This document shows, piece by piece, positions 25,828 to 34,758 of a stretch of DNA of 64,000 nt; the stretch's first letter is position 1, and every line of letters begins with the position of its first letter. The translations under genes were made by a program, and so were the position numbers. The notes under the pieces were generated by a model. That model made no database searches. It saw only the letters and a list, made by a program, of their open reading frames with translations, and was not told where the DNA came from. This DNA comes from Candidatus Kaiserbacteria bacterium RIFCSPLOWO2_01_FULL_51_21 (lineage in GTDB: Bacteria > Patescibacteriota > Minisyncoccia > Phycocordibacterales > 2-01-FULL-51-21): NCBI GenBank assembly GCA_001781435.1, contig MFLV01000011.1, forward strand, positions 11,268 to 75,267. Reading direction: 5' to 3'.

Positions 25828-26406
25828 ATGATTGGCCAATTATCCGGAACCATCGCCCGCCATGCCGACGGATTCGTGATGCTTGATGTCGGCGGCGTCG
25901 GCTACAAAATACGGGTTACTGCCACCGTATACCAATCGCTTGCGCATGAGCGGGAACAAGTGACACTCTTCACCCACTTGGCAGTCCGAGAGAACGCTCT
26001 CGACCTGTATGGTTTCCAGGACATGCGAGAACTTCGTTTTTTTGAGCTCTTGATTTCCGTATCGGGTATCGGACCAAAGACGGCCATCGCGATCTTAAGC
26101 ATCGCCGACGTCGGCACTATTGTCGCGGCGGTAAGCGAAGGGAACAGCGCCTATCTCACCAAGGTCGCCGGCATCGGAAGAAAAATCGCCGAGAAAATCG
26201 TTCTCGAACTTCGAGATAAGTTGGGCGCTGTCGAGCCGGGCGAAGGAACCTTGGGAATTAAGGACGATGCTGATGTGCTTGAGGCGCTTCGCTCCCTCGG
26301 CTACCAGAGCGCCGAAGCGCGGGAGGCCCTCAAGCGCATACCGAAAGAAACGATGGGTGCGGGAGGCCGCTTGAAAGCGGCTCTTAAAACACTCAGTGCA
26401 AAATAG
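25828..26406 (+). CDS. ruvA: Holliday junction helicase subunit RuvA
   Basis: MIGQLSGTIA...LISVSGIGPKTAIAILS...LTKVAGIGRKIAEKIV. Confidence 0.9.
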   Translation: MIGQLSGTIARHADGFVMLDVGGVGYKIRVTATVYQSLAHEREQVTLFTHLAVRENALDLYGFQDMRELRFFELLISVSGIGPKTAIAILSIADVGTIVAAVSEGNSAYLTKVAGIGRKIAEKIVLELRDKLGAVEPGEGTLGIKDDADVLEALRSLGYQSAEAREALKRIPKETMGAGGRLKAALKTLSAK

Positions 26407-27655
26407 CATGCGCTACGCCCGAAGGCTCATACCGGATTTCTTTTTCAATTACTATCATTATGCCCTCGCTTTTCTCGGGGCACTCATCTATCGCTTTCCC
26501 TCCTCCAAGCTTACCGTTATCGCCGTAACCGGCACCAAGGGGAAGTCGACAACCGTTGAGCTCGTAAATGCCATCCTTGAAGAGAGCGGGTTCAAAACCG
26601 CGATCGCGGGAACCATTCGCTTTAAAATAGGAAACAAATCAAGGCCAAATCTTTACAAGATGACTATGCCGGGGCGCTTTTTTCTCCAAAAATTCCTCCG
26701 GCAGGCAGTTGATAGCGGCTGCCGTTATGCAGTCCTTGAGATGACGTCGGAGGGCGTAAGGCAGTTTCGGCACAAATATATCGAGCTTGACGCGCTCATT
26801 TTCACAAATATCGCGCCCGAGCATATCGAGTCGCACGGCTCGTTCGAAAAATATCTCGAGGCGAAATTGAAGCTTGTTGGATCGCTCGCCCGCTCCACAA
26901 AAAAGCGCCGTATCATGGTTGCAAATGCCGATGATGCACAGGGAAAAACATTTCTCGCGGCCGCCGGCGCTTCAGAGAAATTTCCCTTTCGCCTTGCAGA
27001 TGCGAAACCCTTTTCCCTGACAGAGAAGGGCATCGATTTCACCTTCGCCAGCCATGCCATGCACTCGCCGCTTATCGGAGAGTTCAATCTTATGAACATT
27101 CTCGCCGCTACGACCCTCGCCAATTCATATGATATATCCTCTGGAACCATTGCACGCGCGCTTGGAAAGGTCCGGCACATTCCCGGACGAGTCGAGTTTG
27201 TCAGCGAAGGACAGCCGTTTAAAGTCGTTGTCGATTATGCCCACACACCCGATTCGCTGCACGCACTCTTCGAGGCGTTTAAAAACAAACGCTTGGTCTG
27301 CATTATCGGCTCGACTGGCGGTGGCCGCGACACGTGGAACCGCCCGCAAAAAGGCACAATCGCTGACCAGTACTGTGATGTCTCAATCATCACTGACGAA
27401 GACCCCTATGATGAAGACCCCGAGAAAATTGTCGCAGAGATAGCAAAAGGTTTTTCAAAACACAAGCCAGAGATTATCATGGACCGCCGCGAGGCAATTC
27501 GAAAAGCAATTTCACTCGCCAAAGCGGACGACGCGGTTCTTATTACCGGGAAAGGCACTGACCCCTACATGATGACTGCCCGCGGTAGGAAAATCCCCTG
27601 GAGCGACACGAAAATCGCGCGAGAAGAGTTACGCGCTATGTCTGGACACGGATAG
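26396..27655 (+). CDS. Mur ligase family protein (MurE/MurF-like, short form)
   Basis: VTGTKGKSTT P-loop, RYAVLEMTSEG and C-terminal VLITGKGTDPYMM. Confidence 0.65.
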   Translation: MQNSMRYARRLIPDFFFNYYHYALAFLGALIYRFPSSKLTVIAVTGTKGKSTTVELVNAILEESGFKTAIAGTIRFKIGNKSRPNLYKMTMPGRFFLQKFLRQAVDSGCRYAVLEMTSEGVRQFRHKYIELDALIFTNIAPEHIESHGSFEKYLEAKLKLVGSLARSTKKRRIMVANADDAQGKTFLAAAGASEKFPFRLADAKPFSLTEKGIDFTFASHAMHSPLIGEFNLMNILAATTLANSYDISSGTIARALGKVRHIPGRVEFVSEGQPFKVVVDYAHTPDSLHALFEAFKNKRLVCIIGSTGGGRDTWNRPQKGTIADQYCDVSIITDEDPYDEDPEKIVAEIAKGFSKHKPEIIMDRREAIRKAISLAKADDAVLITGKGTDPYMMTARGRKIPWSDTKIAREELRAMSGHG

Positions 27656-27731
27656 CGATGTGGAAAAACATATTACTTCTTAACAGAACGGGTATGAGAG
27701 CATACAATAGAGACGTCCCTAACCCAAAAAG

Positions 27732-28613
27732 ATGAACGCTAAAAACGATTTATTTTTCTTTCTTTTTATACTCTTTGTCGTCGGCATTGCCTGGCTTTTA
27801 ACCGGGGGTCCAGAGAAGCTTACCAGCCGAAACCCTTTCCTCTTCCCTCCTCCACCCTTGGGAACCGGAACTACCTACGGATCAGGCGAAGGATGGTTGT
27901 CTTTCCTCAAAGGCAGTGGTAAAGAGAAGCCCTCAACAACCTCGAAAACTCCGGGCGCTACCTCTGCCAGCGCCACAGTCCAACTGCGCAGCAGCTCAGC
28001 AAAAGCGACAAAACCTTCTGAAGAATACGTAACGATTGAGGTAAAGGGGGGAGCTGTCGATATCACCGGCTGGCGCCTGAAAAGCCAAATTACCGGGAGA
28101 GAAACAACAATCGGGAAAGGGGCGGCGCTTGCATACTCCGCGCAGGTAAACCCAGAAAGCGACATCGTGCTTCAGCCGGGCGAAAAGGCAGTGATTGTAA
28201 CGGGCCGCTCTCCAATCGGAGTGTCTTTTCGGCTCAACAAATGTAGCGGCTATTTCGCGCAATTTCAAAAGTTCACCCCTTCGCTTCCCAAACATTGTCC
28301 GGCGCCAGATGAAGAACTAGACCTCTTCGGTCCAAAAAACCTTCCTGATGCGTGTATTGACTTCATTGAACGAGCACCGAGATGCCAAATGGTGGTCTCC
28401 ATGCCAACCACTCTTCCACCGGAATGTGTGCCATTTATCACCGAAAAACTAAACTATAACCAATGCGTCAGCGCTCATCGCAGTGACAGCGACTTCATCG
28501 AACACGAGTGGCGTGTCTACCTCAATCGTCCCGAGGAACTCTGGAAAGCGCAGCGCGAGGTTATCGACCTCATTGATACCTCCGGCAAAGTGATCTCAAC
28601 CGTTACGTACTAG
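27732..28613 (+). CDS. Secreted or membrane-anchored protein with a lamin-tail-like domain (hypothetical)
   Basis: N-terminal TM. EYVTIEVKGGAVDITGWRLKS resembles an LTD motif. Cys-rich C-terminal domain. Confidence 0.45.
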   Translation: MNAKNDLFFFLFILFVVGIAWLLTGGPEKLTSRNPFLFPPPPLGTGTTYGSGEGWLSFLKGSGKEKPSTTSKTPGATSASATVQLRSSSAKATKPSEEYVTIEVKGGAVDITGWRLKSQITGRETTIGKGAALAYSAQVNPESDIVLQPGEKAVIVTGRSPIGVSFRLNKCSGYFAQFQKFTPSLPKHCPAPDEELDLFGPKNLPDACIDFIERAPRCQMVVSMPTTLPPECVPFITEKLNYNQCVSAHRSDSDFIEHEWRVYLNRPEELWKAQREVIDLIDTSGKVISTVTY

Positions 28614-29101
28614 CGGCCGAGCACTTGAAACAAAAATACGCCTGCGGCAACGCTGACATTGAGCGACTCTTTTTTACCGCGCATGGAAATCTCGGCAATC
28701 GTGCCGCATAAAGCAAGAAGGCGGGGCGAAATGCCCCTCTTCTCGTTGCCGAAAAGGACGGCGAGAGGAAATCGCGGTTTGAATTTTTTGTAATCAATCG
28801 CCTTCGGTGACTGTTCAACCGCCACGATATGAAACCTCCCTTCCCCCAGGCGCTTGAGAAGCGCCTGGGGGGATTTCACCTGCTCCCACGGAACAAAATC
28901 CTCCGCGCCGAGCGCCGTTTTATGGAAATCTTTGCGTTTTCTCCCGAAGCGATCAAGCGGTGCCGGCGTGTAGCCGGTGAGATATATCTTCGAGACCCCC
29001 ACCGCATCGGCGGTGCGAAAAATCGAGCCCACATTATGGACGCTTCGGATGTTATGGAGAATGAGGGCTGTTTCTTTTTTCATCCCGTTACTGTAGTACA
29101 C
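28610..29101 (-). CDS. SpoU/TrmH-family RNA 2'-O-methyltransferase
   Basis: LILHNIRSVHNVGSIFRTADAVGV...AVLFGNEKRGIS...NVSVAAGV. Confidence 0.8.
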   Translation of the reverse strand: MYYSNGMKKETALILHNIRSVHNVGSIFRTADAVGVSKIYLTGYTPAPLDRFGRKRKDFHKTALGAEDFVPWEQVKSPQALLKRLGEGRFHIVAVEQSPKAIDYKKFKPRFPLAVLFGNEKRGISPRLLALCGTIAEISMRGKKESLNVSVAAGVFLFQVLGR

Positions 29102-29109
29102 TATACCCT

Positions 29110-29487
29110 ATGATTCTCAATCCCTTCCCCGACCTTTTCTCTCTAAGTTTCTTCGCCCCCTTTCTTTTGCGGCTTATGCTCGGAGTATGGCTTCTCTCTT
29201 CGGCTTATCGGCATGTTCAGAGCCGACACGGCCTGGAAAACAGGCGGTTTTTTCTCTGGTGCACGGTACTCTCAAAAACGATTGTCGGAATTCTTCTCAT
29301 TGCCGGTCTTTGGACGCAAATTGCCGCGCTCCTCGCCGCCCTCATCGCACTTGAAGCACTCTTTGTTCGGAGACGCGTTCCTTTGCTCGCCGAAGAGAGT
29401 CCGTGGTTTTATCTCTTTATCCTCGCCATCTCCTTCTCCCTCCTCGTTCTCGGCGCCGGCGCGTTCGCTTTTGATGTGCCATTGTAG
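29110..29487 (+). CDS. DoxX-like membrane protein
   Basis: Four hydrophobic helices in 125 aa. Confidence 0.5.
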   Translation: MILNPFPDLFSLSFFAPFLLRLMLGVWLLSSAYRHVQSRHGLENRRFFLWCTVLSKTIVGILLIAGLWTQIAALLAALIALEALFVRRRVPLLAEESPWFYLFILAISFSLLVLGAGAFAFDVPL

Positions 29488-29582
29488 AACAAACAACTAA
29501 CAACTCACCACCAACAATAGAAAACCACTCAGTTGTGCGTGATTGGTTGTTTGTTGTATGTTGTGTGTTATAAGTTTACATA
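29488..29582. repeat. CA-rich/GT-rich imperfect inverted repeat upstream of tRNA-Lys
   Basis: acaaacaactaacaactcaccaccaacaa ... ttgtgcgtgattggttgtttgttgtatgttgtgtg. Confidence 0.5.
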
Positions 29583-29655
29583 CCGCCCATAGCTCAGTTG
29601 GTAGAGCGGCTCCCTTTTAAGGAGAAGGTCGCAGGTTCGAATCCTGCTGGGCGGA
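29583..29655 (+). tRNA. tRNA-Lys (anticodon UUU)
   Basis: CCGCCCATAGCTCAGTTGGTAGAGCGGCTCCCTTTTAAGGAGAAGGTCGCAGGTTCGAATCCTGCTGGGCGGA. Confidence 0.8.
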
Positions 29656-29830
29656 CTTGTGGGACAAGTCCGCCGACCGGACTGAGTGCAGGCGAAGGAG
29701 GTGGGGTCGCGCAAAAATTCAACAGAATTTTATGCGTGACCGGATGCGGGGCGAATCCGCCGACCGCAGTGCGACGGCGCGAGGTGGGGTCGCGGAAATT
29801 TCTAGCAAGAAATTATCCGTGACCGGGCTA
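29650..29830 (+). repeat. tRNA-trailer structured repeats: a perfect hairpin overlapping the tRNA-Lys 3' end, then two tandem ~75-nt units each with a 15-16 bp bulged hairpin
   Basis: GGCGGACTTGTgggACAAGTCCGCC. Unit 1 ...GGTGGGGTCGCGCAAAAATTCaacagGAATTTTATGCGTGACC. Unit 2 ...GGTGGGGTCGCGGAAATTTCtagcaaGAAATTATCCGTGACC. Confidence 0.6.
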
Positions 29831-30547
29831 AATACTAAGCACAAACCGCTCGAGCGCGGTTTCGAGGTCGTGGATACCGCGGCGGGAATCGTGGACCAGG
29901 GCGACCAGTTTTGACGAAAGGCTTTTAACTTCCTCAAGCGAATAATTTTTGAGGGACTGCTTTGCTTTTTGAAACGGAAACGGCTTCATGCTCGCCGCCT
30001 CCGCCGTCGCGGCGGAGGCGGCGAGAAGCATACTTTTTACCTGCCAGAAAAGCATGGAGGAAATGTAAGAGAGGGTGTCTTCTCCTTCGCCTTCGCTTAA
30101 AAGCGCTTTGTGAAAGAGTACCCAAAGCCTTTTGCGGTCGCGACGGCCGAGCGCATCGGTAAGCGCAAAAACATTGAACTTCTGGCCTTCCGCCGCCGGA
30201 AAATGCAAAATTTCTGCATCTGTTTTTTCGGCCCCTTCGAGAATGTCCAGCGAAACTTTCTCCTCAAAAAGAATAAACGTGTTATGCGACTCCTGCATGT
30301 CGGAAAGAAGCCCCGACACCCGCTCGATTGTCCCCTTTTCAGAAAGCACCTGGTCAAGCACTGCGATGCGCGACACTTCAAAGAGCCCCTGGCTCGCGAT
30401 GAGTCCCGCGAGCTCTTCAGGAACGAACGACTCGCTGTCAAGCATGGTTACCACTGTCTCGGGCCGCTTCGCCACCACGGCGTCAACGAGCGCGTGCAGT
30501 TTCCTGCGCGCCTTTATGTGGTCCCCGCCGTGGATAAGAAAAAGCAT
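29828..30547 (-). CDS. holA: DNA polymerase III delta subunit-like
   Basis: The N-terminal MLFLIHGGDHIKARRKL...LFEVSRIAVL pattern is typical of HolA. Confidence 0.5.
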   Translation of the reverse strand: MLFLIHGGDHIKARRKLHALVDAVVAKRPETVVTMLDSESFVPEELAGLIASQGLFEVSRIAVLDQVLSEKGTIERVSGLLSDMQESHNTFILFEEKVSLDILEGAEKTDAEILHFPAAEGQKFNVFALTDALGRRDRKRLWVLFHKALLSEGEGEDTLSYISSMLFWQVKSMLLAASAATAEAASMKPFPFQKAKQSLKNYSLEEVKSLSSKLVALVHDSRRGIHDLETALERFVLSI

Positions 30548-30600
30548 GATAGTGATTAGGTTTTAGTGATTAGTTTTAAAGCATTTCTGTAACCTACAAC
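30548..30600. repeat. Imperfect inverted repeat (TAGTGATTAG-type) between polA and holA
   Basis: tagtgattaggttttagtgattag ... ctactcactaatcactag. Confidence 0.45.
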
Positions 30601-33021
30601 CTACTCACTAATCACTAGCCTTTCCGCTTCCCCCCAATTCTTCCCCGCCGAGGCGGTAGCCGCAAACGGCACGCCCGCTGTTTCCGAAAGCGGCAAGATG
30701 CTTTCCATGATTTTTTTAATTTCCGGCACGAGTTTCTGAAGAAGTGCCGTGCGGACCTCATAGACAAGCTCATCGTGCACCTGAAGAAGAAGACGACAGT
30801 CGTTTTCGAGCTTTTCTTTTTGCAGATGCTCGTCGATTCGAATCATTGCGAGCTTGATGATATCAGCGGATGTCCCTTGGAGGGGAGCATTAATCGCCAT
30901 GCGCTCGGCAGAAGCGCGCACGTAGGGAATCGAGGAGCGGATACCCTCGAAATAGCGGCGTCTGCCGAAAAGAGTTTCGGTATAGCCGCGACGCGCTACC
31001 GCAGACTTTATTTTCTCGAGATACTCCGCAAGCCCGGAAAAATTTTTGAAATACTCATTGTAGTAGACTTGCGCTTCAGCGCGCGACGTGCCGAGGTTCG
31101 CCTTCAGCGCGTTTACGCCCATGCCATAGAGAATTCCAAAATTGATAACTTTGGCGCGGCGGCGCATTTCCCGATCCACCTGCTCTGGCGGCACCTTAAA
31201 AACCTCTGCCGCCACTGCCGCGTGGACATCGCCGCCGCTTCGAAAAATGCCGATGAGTTTGCTGTCGCCGCTCATAATTGCCGCAAGTCTGAGTTCTATC
31301 TGAGAATAATCAAGCGTAGCGATTGAAAACCCTTCGTCAGCGACAAAGGCGTTGCGAATTGCTCGTCCTAAGTCAGTACGAATGGGAATATTCTGGAGGT
31401 TCGGACTTGAGGAGGACATGCGCCCTGTCGTCGTCCCGCATTGCTCGAAATGCGCATGGAGTCGGCCACGCTCATCAACCATGAGCGGAATGTTGTCGAT
31501 GTAGGTTGAGAGTAATTTTTGGAGTTCCCGGTATTGTAAAATATCGCCGATAACCGGATGGAGGTTGCGGAGTTTCTCAAGCTCCGACTCGCGGGTTGAT
31601 TTTTGCCCGGTACTCGTTAACTTCTGATTTTTAGAAGCAAGCGCCAGTTTGTCAAAAAGCACCTCGCCAAGCTGGCGCGGGGAATTAATGTTGAAAGTCG
31701 CTCCTGCCTGCTCGTATATTTTCTTCTCGAGTTTCGCGAGTTCGCGATGGTACTTTTCTGAAAGCTCTCGGAGGTATCCGGTGTCAATTTTCACGCCCCG
31801 CGCTTGCATTTTTTCGATAATCGGCATAAGCGGCAGTTCGATCTCGCGGTAGACTCGCTCCAGGCCTTCCTTTTTGATAGCCAAGAGAAGCGCCTCCTCT
31901 GAAGCCTTAAACGAATGCTTTTTGGTGAAGTGAAGAATGTCTTCAAGCGACGGGTTCGTGGTATCGGAATGCAAGAGCCACAAGGCTATGCCCGCTCCTT
32001 TGAGTTCCCGCGGGTCAACCGCCTCTTCGAGAGCCTCCTTCTTCTCCGCTCGAGCAAGCGTTTCTCCGAAGAGCGCGCGCACGCGCACGGCGAGCGTCCG
32101 AAAACTCAAATCGGAAAAAAGTGCGAGAATAGCGCCGACATCAAGCGATTCCCGCCAGGTTTTTTTGGGAAGCGCAAAAATAATCGGTGCATCACGGCGA
32201 ATCTCCGCAAGCATCTTGCTAAAGAGCGCCTCCTCCTCCCCTTCTTTGAGTATCTCGATGATGCGCGGCGAGCAACCCACTTTTTCAAAATGCTTCGGGC
32301 CATACTTTAGCGCCTTATACATTTCTTCAATCGTGCCGAATTCCTTGATGAGCGTGCTCGCCGTTTTCTCACCGATTCCCTTAATGCCAATGATATTATC
32401 CGATGGGTCGCCGCGGAGCCCTTTGTAATCCGGAAGCGAGCGCGGCTTAAAGCCAAAGCGTTCCTTCACCGCCTTTTCATCGTAGAGAATGGTGTCATTG
32501 ATTCCTCTCCTCAGCGTATAGACGCGCACCTTCCTGTCGTCGACAAGCTGGAGTGTGTCCATGTCGCCGGAGGCAATAATGATGTCGGTGTTTTTATCTT
32601 TTTTTAATTTCTCGACAATAGTGCCGAGCATATCATCAGCCTCAAAACCCGGCGCTTCATAGATTTGAATATTGAACGCCTTAAAAATGTCGCGGGAGCG
32701 GTTGATTTGGGCCACCAAGTCGCCTTCAAGCTCGACTCGTTTTGCTTTATATCCCTCGTACGCTTCATGCCGATAGGTGGGACCGGGCAAATCGTAGCAC
32801 GCGGCAAGGTAATCGGGTTTCAAGTCATTAATGATCTTGAGAAGCATCGCTGAGAGTCCATAGAGAGCGCCGGTCGGCTCCCCCTTCGCCGAGGTGAACT
32901 GCGGAAGCGCGTGGTACGCGCGATGAATGATCGCATGCGCGTCAAGGAGCACCAATCGCTTTTTCATACCACCACCTTTCTTCGTTGATAACTTTTCTTT
33001 TGTTGCAACTTTTTTGACCAT
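30601..33021 (-). CDS. polA: DNA polymerase I (5'-3' exonuclease plus polymerase domains)
   Basis: N-terminal KKRLVLLDAHAIIHRAYHAL (FEN domain). C-terminal RRRAKVINFGILYGMG...LLQVHDELVYEV polymerase motifs. Confidence 0.9.
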   Translation of the reverse strand: MVKKVATKEKLSTKKGGGMKKRLVLLDAHAIIHRAYHALPQFTSAKGEPTGALYGLSAMLLKIINDLKPDYLAACYDLPGPTYRHEAYEGYKAKRVELEGDLVAQINRSRDIFKAFNIQIYEAPGFEADDMLGTIVEKLKKDKNTDIIIASGDMDTLQLVDDRKVRVYTLRRGINDTILYDEKAVKERFGFKPRSLPDYKGLRGDPSDNIIGIKGIGEKTASTLIKEFGTIEEMYKALKYGPKHFEKVGCSPRIIEILKEGEEEALFSKMLAEIRRDAPIIFALPKKTWRESLDVGAILALFSDLSFRTLAVRVRALFGETLARAEKKEALEEAVDPRELKGAGIALWLLHSDTTNPSLEDILHFTKKHSFKASEEALLLAIKKEGLERVYREIELPLMPIIEKMQARGVKIDTGYLRELSEKYHRELAKLEKKIYEQAGATFNINSPRQLGEVLFDKLALASKNQKLTSTGQKSTRESELEKLRNLHPVIGDILQYRELQKLLSTYIDNIPLMVDERGRLHAHFEQCGTTTGRMSSSSPNLQNIPIRTDLGRAIRNAFVADEGFSIATLDYSQIELRLAAIMSGDSKLIGIFRSGGDVHAAVAAEVFKVPPEQVDREMRRRAKVINFGILYGMGVNALKANLGTSRAEAQVYYNEYFKNFSGLAEYLEKIKSAVARRGYTETLFGRRRYFEGIRSSIPYVRASAERMAINAPLQGTSADIIKLAMIRIDEHLQKEKLENDCRLLLQVHDELVYEVRTALLQKLVPEIKKIMESILPLSETAGVPFAATASAGKNWGEAERLVISE

Positions 33022-33026
33022 GTTGC

Positions 33027-33110
33027 GTACGCGAATTACGAAGTACGAATTAAGAATTACGGAAATGCCTCAAGCTATTCGTACTTCTTACTTCGTAATT
33101 CATACTTCGA
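33027..33110. repeat. TACGAAT/ATTCGTA heptamer repeat, both arms (inverted), between tsaE and polA
   Basis: cgaattacgaagtacgaattaagaattacgg ... tattcgtacttcttacttcgtaattcatacttcg. Confidence 0.65.
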
Positions 33111-33534
33111 TTGTTATTTCCCGCGTTGTCTCGTCAACGAACGCAAAATGTATCTTCACCGCGTCGCGCGGTAGCGATTCTTTGACCCGGTCCGCCCACT
33201 CTACCACAATAAGGTTTTTCGGATCTTTCGCTGTTTTCTCAAAGCGAAGCTGGCGCAGTTCCTTGGGGCTTTCAAGCCGATATGCATCAATGTGTATGAG
33301 CCGCTCAAATTTTTGGTTTTGAAGAGGGTAGATTTTCTGGAGCACAAAGGTCGGACTTGTTACGATACCGGAAACCCCAAGCGCCTTCGCGAGCGCTTTT
33401 ACAAACGCGCTCTTGCCGGCGCCAAGGTCACCGTAGAGCGCCATAACCACGGCAGTGTGTCCGCGGGGTGCAAGCGCTGCGGTCACTTCTTTTGCGAAGA
33501 CTTCAAGTTCGAAAATACTGCGAACAAGTGCCAT
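33100..33534 (-). CDS. tsaE: tRNA threonylcarbamoyladenosine biosynthesis protein TsaE
   Basis: LYGDLGAGKSAFVKALAKALGV...SPTFVLQKIY. Confidence 0.85.
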   Translation of the reverse strand: MALVRSIFELEVFAKEVTAALAPRGHTAVVMALYGDLGAGKSAFVKALAKALGVSGIVTSPTFVLQKIYPLQNQKFERLIHIDAYRLESPKELRQLRFEKTAKDPKNLIVVEWADRVKESLPRDAVKIHFAFVDETTREITIEV

Positions 33535-33577
33535 GCACGTATTCTAGCAAAATTCAAAATTAAACACGCCGCGATTC

Positions 33578-33763
33578 CTAGGAGTCGCGGCGTGCAACTT
33601 CGTACACCTTGCGGCAGCCCCAATACATGTACAGTCCGCGCATGGCGCTCTCTTGCCGGTCTTCTCCCTGAAGATAGGCAAGGGTGCCATAACTTCCGCA
33701 CTGCAATGTTTCGCAGCCGGAAAGCGCAAGCAGGGCAAGCATAAGTAAAAAACGAAAGACCAT
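33578..33763 (-). CDS. Small putative lipoprotein
   Basis: Signal peptide with lipobox LALSGC. Confidence 0.35.
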   Translation of the reverse strand: MVFRFLLMLALLALSGCETLQCGSYGTLAYLQGEDRQESAMRGLYMYWGCRKVYEVARRDS

Positions 33764-33807
33764 GACCTTCTCCTTCCGCTTCTAGTGTAGCAGTGCCAAA
33801 TAAAAAT

Positions 33808-33872
33808 CCGCTCGTCCTATTCCCGCCGCAAGCGGACGGGGTATTCGGCGAGCGGATCTTTATTTTGAGAAC
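33808..33872. terminator. A-tract / hairpin / T-tract bidirectional terminator-like element
   Basis: aaataaaaATCCGCTCG...CGAGCGGATctttatttt. Confidence 0.4.
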
Positions 33873-34053
33873 CTCACGGTTCTCAACGCTTCACTGCTCT
33901 CCCCCACGGGGAAACTCCCGTGTTCCACCTGCGCTTCGCTTCGGATTCCTGCTTCACTAACTCGCAGGCATCCCCTCCCCCTTTCCTCTCTCCGCATTCA
34001 CCTCCGTAGTAAGAGCTATGGAGGTGAATGCGGATAGAAAAGAAAACGAATTC

Positions 34054-34081
34054 AGGCCAGAGTGTTGTGACACCCTGGCCT
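34054..34081 (-). terminator. Intrinsic terminator of the lipoprotein gene
   Basis: GGCCAGagtgttgtgacacCCTGGCC followed on the minus strand by a TTTTCTTTTC run. Confidence 0.5.
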
Positions 34082-34093
34082 GTTTGCCGCTTT

Positions 34094-34600
34094 TCAACGG
34101 CAGTAGCGTTCTCGGTCGGCGCGATTCCGGCAGAACTCCCGCCGGAGGTCCCAGGACCTGATCTTGGTCCCGGACCGGTCAGAGATCCGGAACGTCCGCA
34201 CGGTGGACGTTCCGATACTCTCCCCGTCCTCGTTTACGAGGACGGCGACGAGTGCAATCTCGTCGGACCGACCCCGGAATATCTTCCGGACCGAGATCCC
34301 CATTGGCGCCCCGAGAGGCGAGATGGTCCCCGCCTCGTAGTAGAGGCCACCAGTCCCGACCTGGTAGATTTTCGCCGCATAGCGGGTCGGATTGATGACG
34401 GGAATTTCGGTATAGGACCCGAACTCCCACCTCCACCCTGGAGATGTCGTCCTCGGCTGGGACGCTACGCCAGACGAGGCGTTCACGGCAGGAGCCGCTT
34501 GGACGTGTGAGCCCTGCACCACCTCAGTACTGGTGCAAGCACCGAGCGCAAGGAGCAGAAACGCGGTGGAAAGAGCGGAAAGCATTTGACGAATGCGCAT
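34094..34600 (-). CDS. Lipoprotein, GC-rich (hypothetical)
   Basis: MRIRQMLSALSTAFLLLALGAC lipobox. About 62% GC. Confidence 0.5.
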   Translation of the reverse strand: MRIRQMLSALSTAFLLLALGACTSTEVVQGSHVQAAPAVNASSGVASQPRTTSPGWRWEFGSYTEIPVINPTRYAAKIYQVGTGGLYYEAGTISPLGAPMGISVRKIFRGRSDEIALVAVLVNEDGESIGTSTVRTFRISDRSGTKIRSWDLRREFCRNRADRERYCR

Positions 34601-34758
34601 GGGATCCTCCCTGTTTGCGCCAGGTTTGTGCACTATGCACAGACCTCATTTGATACTCTATAACAAGCATAACATGTACAGGACAAAAAGTCAATGCTTT
34701 TCACGGCTTAAACCAAGGACAAATTGTGGAGTATTGAAAAACAAGCTACCATTGATAC

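Noticed and set aside
30775-32428. Plus-strand ORFs (183, 131 and 163 aa) inside polA
   Set aside because: They are antisense to a well-supported 806-aa PolA and have low-complexity translations.
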